Source of the DNA: a virus
IMG/VR virus record: IMGVR_UViG_3300045988_160493
Direction: 5' to 3' (one strand)
Length of the DNA: 40,051 bases
A program made the translations under genes and the position numbers. Numbering within the stretch: the first letter of the stretch is position 1; each line of letters begins with the position of its first letter. The notes beneath the pieces were generated by a model, which saw nothing but the letters and a program-made list of their open reading frames with translations, searched no databases and had not been told where the DNA came from. Below are positions 35,413 to 40,051 of the stretch, one piece after another.

Positions 35413-38346
35413 TCAAAACATTCCTTTTTTTCCAAAAGCAATTTCTCCTGCTTGTGTCATCATATCGCATATATCGTCGTGTTTATGACTGCCGTCTCCG
35501 CACAATAATACCATTTCCGCAATGATTTCTTTGCTTCTTGGGTCGTTTTTATCGTTTGGCAACAGCACATTTCCCGCCTCCAAGTAAGGAAATAGCGAAT
35601 TGTTCCACTTTGTCATCTTGTCAAAGCCCTTATCTTTCACTGGAATGACCGAAACTCCGCCCTCTCGCCTCATTCTTTGTATCAATTCCATACCAGAAGC
35701 CTTATCTTCAATGTAAAATACGTTTGCAGGCAAGCCTCTCACGCCCCCACTCCACCTATTCTTAAAGGCAAAGAACTCTTTGAGCAAATCTACCGCTTCA
35801 ATCTTCTTGTGCAATAAATCTATAAGCCTTAAATCGTTCTTTTCGGTTATTGCCCACAATCCCACCGCCGTATAGTCATTCCATTCATTAGTTTTAAATG
35901 CGGTATCGGCAGTGAAGAACACTTTTTTGTACCTAACAGTGTCCAAAGGATTGTAAAACTTAAACCATTCCTCCTTTACAAGCTCGCCGCCCAAAACAAC
36001 AGGCGATTGTTGCATTTGAGCCGCAAAAATGTATGGAGATTGCTTTTTTTCTTTGAGCAAGACTTCTGTTGGGGATTTCCATTCCCAGTTGCTTTTTGGC
36101 GGATTTACATCTTCATTAAGCGCAGGAACGCGAATAATCTTCCAATCGTCGGCTTCATTCGCTTCAATATAGCCTACCAAGTCGTCAACAGCAAGCCTTT
36201 GCATAATTAGCACAATAGGCGTCTTTGAGGGATTGTTTAAACGCTTTTTAATGACCGCTTGGTAGTTATCCTCTACTTTCTTTTTCTCCGCTTCCGAATT
36301 AAAGAATTTAGCATTGAGAGGGTCGTCGATAATAAAAGCTCCTCCGAACCTATCACCGATTTTTCCACAATTATGCACAAAAACTCTTGACATTCCAACA
36401 AACAAGTTATTGACTGTTCTTAAAGTTAAACAATAACTGGGTTTATTATGAATATCATAGATAGCAAATATGTTCCTATTCCTCAATTTAAAGGATATTT
36501 CGTTTCCAGAGACGGAAGCGTTTATTCTTCTAAAACAAGAAAAGAGCTTCGCCCTTATCTTTCGCGTAAAGGCTACAAATGCGTTGACCTTTGCGTTTGT
36601 GGGAAAAGAGTTAAAACTCGTATCCACCAACTGGTTGCTTGGACATTTCTTGGAGCGCAACCTACTGGAATGGTAGTTAGACATCTTGACGGAAATGCAC
36701 TCAACAATTCTGTATCCAATCTTGCCTATGGAACACAATCCGATAATGAGCAAGATAGCATAAGACATTATGGACACCACGCCAGATACCACAAAATTAC
36801 GCCAGAACAAGCCAAAGAAATTGCGCAGGACAGACGCCCCTATAAACAGATTGCTAAGGATTATGGTCTTAATTTTCGATATGTAGCCGACATTAAGGCT
36901 GGAATTTATTGGGGTCGTATTACTGAGGGTCTCAGATTTCAAAGAAGCCGTAGTGTCGCGTGGAACAAAACGCAATTTTCTCCTAAGGATACTAAGTTTA
37001 TCTGCGACAAAAATAATTCTCGAAAAGATATAATAGAACGGTTTGGCATAAGCAAATCCGTTATTTCTCGCATCAGAAAGCAGAACAGAGTTGACGCTTA
37101 ATTCGTCGGCTCTTTTCTCGCCCTCCGTAGTGTGAAATATATGGTCGTTGGTGGCGTCTAAAACCTCGCCGTCCTCAAAGATTATGCGCTTGTATTGGGA
37201 AATGTCATTCTTGACGTAGCGTTCAATCTCTTCAAAGGAAATCTTCTCGCCGTCAAATGTCATTATTTTAACTTTCTTCTTTCCCTCTACAATGTCGCCA
37301 ATCTTTTCAACGCCATTTTCCGTCCACACAGGAGTATCTTTATCGAAACAGCCAAAACCTGTCATAGCACCCCCCATTGGAGAAGCCCTATAAGTGCCTT
37401 TCTCTTTCGTCTCCCACAATGCCTTTGCTTCGGTATTGCTGTTCATTTGAACGCCAAAGAGCTTTTGATAAAATGGGTGTCGAATTATATTCAAAATGTC
37501 GTCCGACATCTTGTTTGTTATGCGCTCTTCATAGCAAGTATAGATAAAATTGCAAGTGGAGTCTATCCCAAAGCACCACGAAATCCACATAATCATTAGA
37601 ATACTGTTGTGGGTAGGCTTTAATCTATTGCCAACGCAATAAACGCCGCCCTCAACTTGGATACAATTCCCAATTTTGCCAAAATCGCCACGCTCAACGC
37701 TTTCAAAGAAAATTTCTTTTTTATGGGCTTTTAAATCTCTTCTCTGCCTTGCAACATCATTGCTTATTTCTGGCAATAAGTATCTGTCGCGATAGAAACC
37801 TTTTTCAAGCATTTCTTTTGTCTCAATCGTCCTCTCTTTGCGCAAATGCCTATCATAAACAACCCATTCGTGATTTTCGTGGCAATAGATTTCGTCTCCG
37901 TCGGAAAATCTTACCTTGCAATTCGCAGGAGCTTTCTCGCTAACTGCCAGAACCTTAACAAATTTCCCGCTTGGACTTAACACATAATCCCCAACGACTA
38001 TTTCAGCGTGCGTTATCCAACCCCTCTTTGTAAGCACAGGTGTTTCGTCCGCTATAAGCTTCCCCCAGCGCGGAGGTATGCTAATAGCTAAATTCTTCCT
38101 TTCTGGATTGCCGTAAACAAATTCTTCCAAAGACTTTATGATTTCTTTGTGAAACCAGCAAGTGCGAAAGTAATCCTTGTATATCGCGCGATAAAAGAAT
38201 TGAATGTAAAACTCAAAATCGCTCTTTAACAACGCAGACGTGTAAGGCAACATCTCATCGCTAAGGTATTTGTCAAAATCAATGGTGTTGTTCTCCCCAT
38301 ACAACCCATTCCCATAATTAACCCTTGCTTTACTTTCCATACCCAA
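35413..38346 (-). CDS. terL: terminase large subunit precursor (977 aa) interrupted by two inteins
   Basis: Extein carries Walker A PPRWGK(S), Walker B-like AFIIDDP, coupling motif FAAQMQQSP, nuclease-domain acidic residues FFTADTAF, YIEDKASG, HDDICD; two Hint-domain insertions. Confidence 0.85.
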   Translation of the reverse strand: MGMESKARVNYGNGLYGENNTIDFDKYLSDEMLPYTSALLKSDFEFYIQFFYRAIYKDYFRTCWFHKEIIKSLEEFVYGNPERKNLAISIPPRWGKLIADETPVLTKRGWITHAEIVVGDYVLSPSGKFVKVLAVSEKAPANCKVRFSDGDEIYCHENHEWVVYDRHLRKERTIETKEMLEKGFYRDRYLLPEISNDVARQRRDLKAHKKEIFFESVERGDFGKIGNCIQVEGGVYCVGNRLKPTHNSILMIMWISWCFGIDSTCNFIYTCYEERITNKMSDDILNIIRHPFYQKLFGVQMNSNTEAKALWETKEKGTYRASPMGGAMTGFGCFDKDTPVWTENGVEKIGDIVEGKKKVKIMTFDGEKISFEEIERYVKNDISQYKRIIFEDGEVLDATNDHIFHTTEGEKRADELSVNSVLLSDARNNGFAYAKPFYYIFSRIIFVADKLSILRRKLRFVPRDTTASLKSETLSNTTPINSSLNVGYISKIKTIILSNLFIGASVLRNFFGLFWRNFVVSGVVSIMSYAILLIIGLCSIGKIGYRIVECISVKMSNYHSSRLRSKKCPSNQLVDTSFNSFPTNAKVNAFVAFTRKIRAKLFSCFRRINASVSGNEISFKLRNRNIFAIYDIHNKPSYCLTLRTVNNLFVGMSRVFVHNCGKIGDRFGGAFIIDDPLNAKFFNSEAEKKKVEDNYQAVIKKRLNNPSKTPIVLIMQRLAVDDLVGYIEANEADDWKIIRVPALNEDVNPPKSNWEWKSPTEVLLKEKKQSPYIFAAQMQQSPVVLGGELVKEEWFKFYNPLDTVRYKKVFFTADTAFKTNEWNDYTAVGLWAITEKNDLRLIDLLHKKIEAVDLLKEFFAFKNRWSGGVRGLPANVFYIEDKASGMELIQRMRREGGVSVIPVKDKGFDKMTKWNNSLFPYLEAGNVLLPNDKNDPRSKEIIAEMVLLCGDGSHKHDDICDMMTQAGEIAFGKKGMF
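36370..37350 (-). mobile_element. intein 2 (about 327 aa, TerL residues 333-659), canonical class 1, with its central region antisense to an HNH gene
   Basis: Block A CFDKDTPVWTENGVEKIGDIVEG, block B VLDATNDHIFHTTEGEKRADEL, block F/G IFAIYDIHN...FVGMSRVFVHN followed by +1 Cys (CGKIGDRF). Confidence 0.7.
36448..37101 (+). CDS. HNH homing endonuclease (NUMOD4 + HNH_3 type), on the strand opposite to terL, nested inside intein 2
   Basis: PQFKGYFVSRDGSVYS (NUMOD4-like), HQLVAWTFLG...VRHLDGNALNNSVSNLAYGTQSDN (HNH), C-terminal helix-turn-helix-like ISKSVISRIRK. Confidence 0.8.
   Translation: MNIIDSKYVPIPQFKGYFVSRDGSVYSSKTRKELRPYLSRKGYKCVDLCVCGKRVKTRIHQLVAWTFLGAQPTGMVVRHLDGNALNNSVSNLAYGTQSDNEQDSIRHYGHHARYHKITPEQAKEIAQDRRPYKQIAKDYGLNFRYVADIKAGIYWGRITEGLRFQRSRSVAWNKTQFSPKDTKFICDKNNSRKDIIERFGISKSVISRIRKQNRVDA
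37606..38058 (-). mobile_element. mini-intein 1 (about 151 aa, TerL residues ~97-247) inserted in the Walker A P-loop; class-3-like (no N-terminal Cys/Ser)
   Basis: Block A LIADETPVLTKRGW...VVGDYV, block B DEIYCHENHEW (Trp at B:12), block F GNCIQVEGG (Cys at F:4), block G KPTHN then +1 Ser. Confidence 0.6.
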
Positions 38347-38385
38347 ACTGTACTATACTGTACTATTCCATTAAAGATTGTTTTG

Positions 38386-39075
38386 CTATTCTTCGGTATC
38401 TATTCGCCGTGGAGTTTCTTCCACCACTTCCCCCTCGACTACTTCCTCTTCCTTGCGCCTTACGTCCTCAATAGCTCTCCCAAAGCTTTCTCGCAATTCC
38501 TTTAATTGCTCCATATTCAATGAGTGCTTGTGGTCAACAGTACCGCTGTGGTTCACCACAACGTTCTTTCCGTATTCTTCCTTGTTCAACCTCTCCAACA
38601 CCCATTTGCTATTGTCTATGTCCTTGCCCTCGATGACGCTCTTTGCCACATTCTCCGTAGCCCTCGCCACCAATTCTTCTCTCCACAAATTTATCCTCTC
38701 CCTCAGCAATGTGTACTTCTTGCACAACTTCTGGAATTTCCCCATAAGTATCCCCGCATAAGCGCATATCGCCTTGTCCCCCATTCTCAGCTTCGCACCA
38801 TACTGTATCTTCAAAAACAGCGGAACAGTCAAATACACATAATAAACACTATTCGACCTCTCTATCTCCACTATATCCTCGCTTATCTCCCTGAATACTT
38901 CCTTGTCTTCCTCCTCCAAGCTCTTAAAATCATTATTGCTCCTAAGGCGGTTATTATATTCGTCTATCCCTACTCTCAAATCCCGACATACCCTATCGCT
39001 CTTGCCGTAATCTATCAGTCGAGGATTTCCCCCAACTCCAATCTTTTCATTATCTTTGTCGCCCTTTTCTCCCAT
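38386..39075 (-). CDS. putative terminase small subunit (229 aa), first gene of leftward operon
   Basis: Position immediately upstream of terL; charged helical protein; aaaggaaa RBS. Confidence 0.35.
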   Translation of the reverse strand: MGEKGDKDNEKIGVGGNPRLIDYGKSDRVCRDLRVGIDEYNNRLRSNNDFKSLEEEDKEVFREISEDIVEIERSNSVYYVYLTVPLFLKIQYGAKLRMGDKAICAYAGILMGKFQKLCKKYTLLRERINLWREELVARATENVAKSVIEGKDIDNSKWVLERLNKEEYGKNVVVNHSGTVDHKHSLNMEQLKELRESFGRAIEDVRRKEEEVVEGEVVEETPRRIDTEE

Positions 39076-39306
39076 AAGTTTCCTTTCTTTCTCTCACTAC
39101 AACCACACCCACACCACCATTGTCAAGCCTTTTCTATCCCCTCTCCCCATAAATCCACCAAAAATCTCCATAACTCCCTCTCCCACAACACCTTATCCCC
39201 ACTCCCCCTCGCCTCCCTCACAAAAACACCATAATAGTACAGTACACACAGTGAATTTTATTTCCCTCTACACCAATCACTTCCGTAAAAACACACAACT
39301 TTGTTC

Positions 39307-39334
39307 TTGACACCACAAATTTTTTTTCTATAAT
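39307..39334 (+). promoter_or_regulatory. near-consensus sigma70-type promoter TTGACA-N16-TATAAT firing rightward
   Basis: TTGACA at 39307-39312, TATAAT at 39329-39334; followed by three stem-loops (39337-39357, 39359-39386, 39416-39434). Confidence 0.55.
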
Positions 39335-39738
39335 AACCACCGTCAGCAAAACGGTGGTGCAGTAGCTTCAACAAGAAGCTCACTGCTTGCCACAAGTTTT
39401 GGTAGGTGTGTTTAGTCAAAGCTCTCAGCTTTGATACTTTCTAACAACACACTACCACGCCTTAAATGAAAAACATAATTCTACCAACCCAACAACTCTC
39501 ACCTACCTCCCCCACACAGCACACCACCTCTTGCTTCCTTGCTCCCAACCACTCAACTCTACTATTCTGTTCTACACCAAAACAACCACTCAAATCATAA
39601 GTACGCACGCAAGCAACTTGCTAATCTCTACAAACTGCTTAGTATCAACTACTTCCGAAAAATTTTTATATATGCGAAGTACACATACCCCGCCCCCTCC
39701 TGCTTGCCGTTTACTGCAAAAAGCTATGGGGGGGGTAC

Positions 39739-39756
39739 TGTTCTACGTGGAACAAT
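39739..39756 (+). promoter_or_regulatory. second copy of the CACGTG-centred palindrome (TGTTCTACGTGGAACAAT), preceded by a G8 tract and a GC-rich hairpin
   Basis: Matches 13501-13518 at 16/17 positions. Confidence 0.4.
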
Positions 39757-39993
39757 TAAATTAAATATAAAGTGTGAGAAAGAGGCAAAGTATGTTGTTT
39801 TTGGCAATGCTATAATAAATAGAATTTATATAAACAATGAATTGAAAGGCGGTTGCAATAGATAAGCGCAAGGCAATAAGTCAAGCATAAAGTGAATAAA
39901 AAAAATATGCAAAAAATTCAAAAAATACGATTTTTTTCTTGCAATGTTGGAAAGAATATGCGAAGATATAAGCATAATCAAGAAAGGTAAGAT

Positions 39994-40051
39994 ATGAAAA
40001 GCATTAAACTAAAAACAGTTTTAGAAAACGTTGAGAGAGTGAGAAAAAATT
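39994..40051 (+). CDS. 5' part of a small ORF that continues across the window junction to position 159 (54 aa total)
   Basis: ATG at 39994 preceded by aaaggtaag RBS-like purine stretch; reading frame continues in phase into positions 1-159 because the last 55 nt equal the first 55 nt. Confidence 0.4.
   Translation, partial: MKSIKLKTVLENVERVRKN
39997..40051. repeat. 55-bp terminal overlap identical to positions 1-55 (circular-assembly / linearisation overlap rather than a biological repeat)
   Basis: Exact identity seen directly. Confidence 0.9.

Noticed and set aside
36007-37599. Short + strand ORFs 36007-36210 and 37195-37599 inside terL
   Set aside because: No motifs. Lie antisense to well-supported terminase extein/intein sequence. 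The HNH gene at 36448-37101 is kept because of its strong domain signature.
39340-39440. Possible tRNA in the hairpin-rich segment after the consensus promoter
   Set aside because: No cloverleaf with a GTTCRANYC T-loop or an appropriate D-arm could be drawn. Treated as a generic structured RNA candidate instead.
39056-39865. Three + strand ORFs (84, 77, 108 aa) in the control region
   Set aside because: P/S/T/H-rich translations of the C-rich, G-depleted strand. One overlaps the start of the terS-like gene. No RBS. More likely non-coding.
1-40051. CRISPR array or other regularly spaced repeats
   Set aside because: No spacer-repeat periodicity seen. The only exact long repeats are the 19-bp pair at 11130 and 11999 and the 55-bp end overlap.

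Overview
The window appears to be a complete tailed-phage genome of about 39,996 bp. It was linearised with a 55-bp end overlap: positions 1-55 are identical to 39997-40051, and one small gene starts at 39994 and runs across the junction to 159.

Layout:
- Rightward arm (+ strand, 39994 -> wrap -> 13335). This is an AT-rich block of mostly small early/replication genes: DEDD 3'-5' exonuclease, a SleB-family hydrolase with an N-terminal Gly/Ala-rich segment (candidate SAR-type endolysin, here placed among early genes), a replication initiator with internal iterons, a Sak/Rad52-like annealing protein plus SSB, a DnaC-like loader, RusA, a PAPS-reductase-like PP-loop protein, a MazG-like protein, and at least four Lar-family zinc-ribbon paralogs.
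- Leftward arm (- strand, 39075 -> 13530). This is a contiguous structural and lysis operon: small and large terminase, portal, DUF2213-like scaffold, capsid, neck proteins, sheath, tube, a chaperone with a -1 frameshift, tape measure, a Mu/PBSX-like baseplate (hub, gpV spike, gp25-like, baseplate J, gpI-like), fibres, three exported proteins, and small membrane lysis proteins.
- The two arms converge on terminator hairpins at 13.4-13.5 kb. They diverge from a 0.9-kb gene-free control region at 39.1-40.0 kb that is G-depleted and C-rich on the + strand.

Most unusual observations:
- The large terminase gene carries two inteins. One is a class-3-like mini-intein (W-C-T motif) in the Walker A P-loop. 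The second is a canonical Cys/His-Asn intein whose endonuclease-domain slot is occupied by a complete HNH (NUMOD4/HNH_3-type) homing-endonuclease gene encoded on the opposite strand. The intein frame stays open for about 218 antisense codons across it.
- An exact 19-bp direct repeat (each copy encoding ...TKEQL-stop) brackets the PAPS-reductase-like module. This looks like a moron insertion into the 3' end of rusA.
- A 7-gene run coupled by ATGA overlaps (Lar, Lar, Zn-ribbon, lipoprotein, two membrane proteins, Zn-ribbon).
- A near-consensus TTGACA-N16-TATAAT promoter followed by three hairpins inside the C-rich control region. This is a candidate small RNA or structured leader.
- A palindrome (TGTTCCACGTGGAACA-like) present once in each of the two non-coding regions.

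No tRNA, rRNA or CRISPR array was recognised. Host identity is not determinable by eye. Spanin-like and SAR-like features and sigma70-like promoters suggest a diderm host, but that is inference. All functional calls rest on motif recognition by eye and on synteny, not on database searches.
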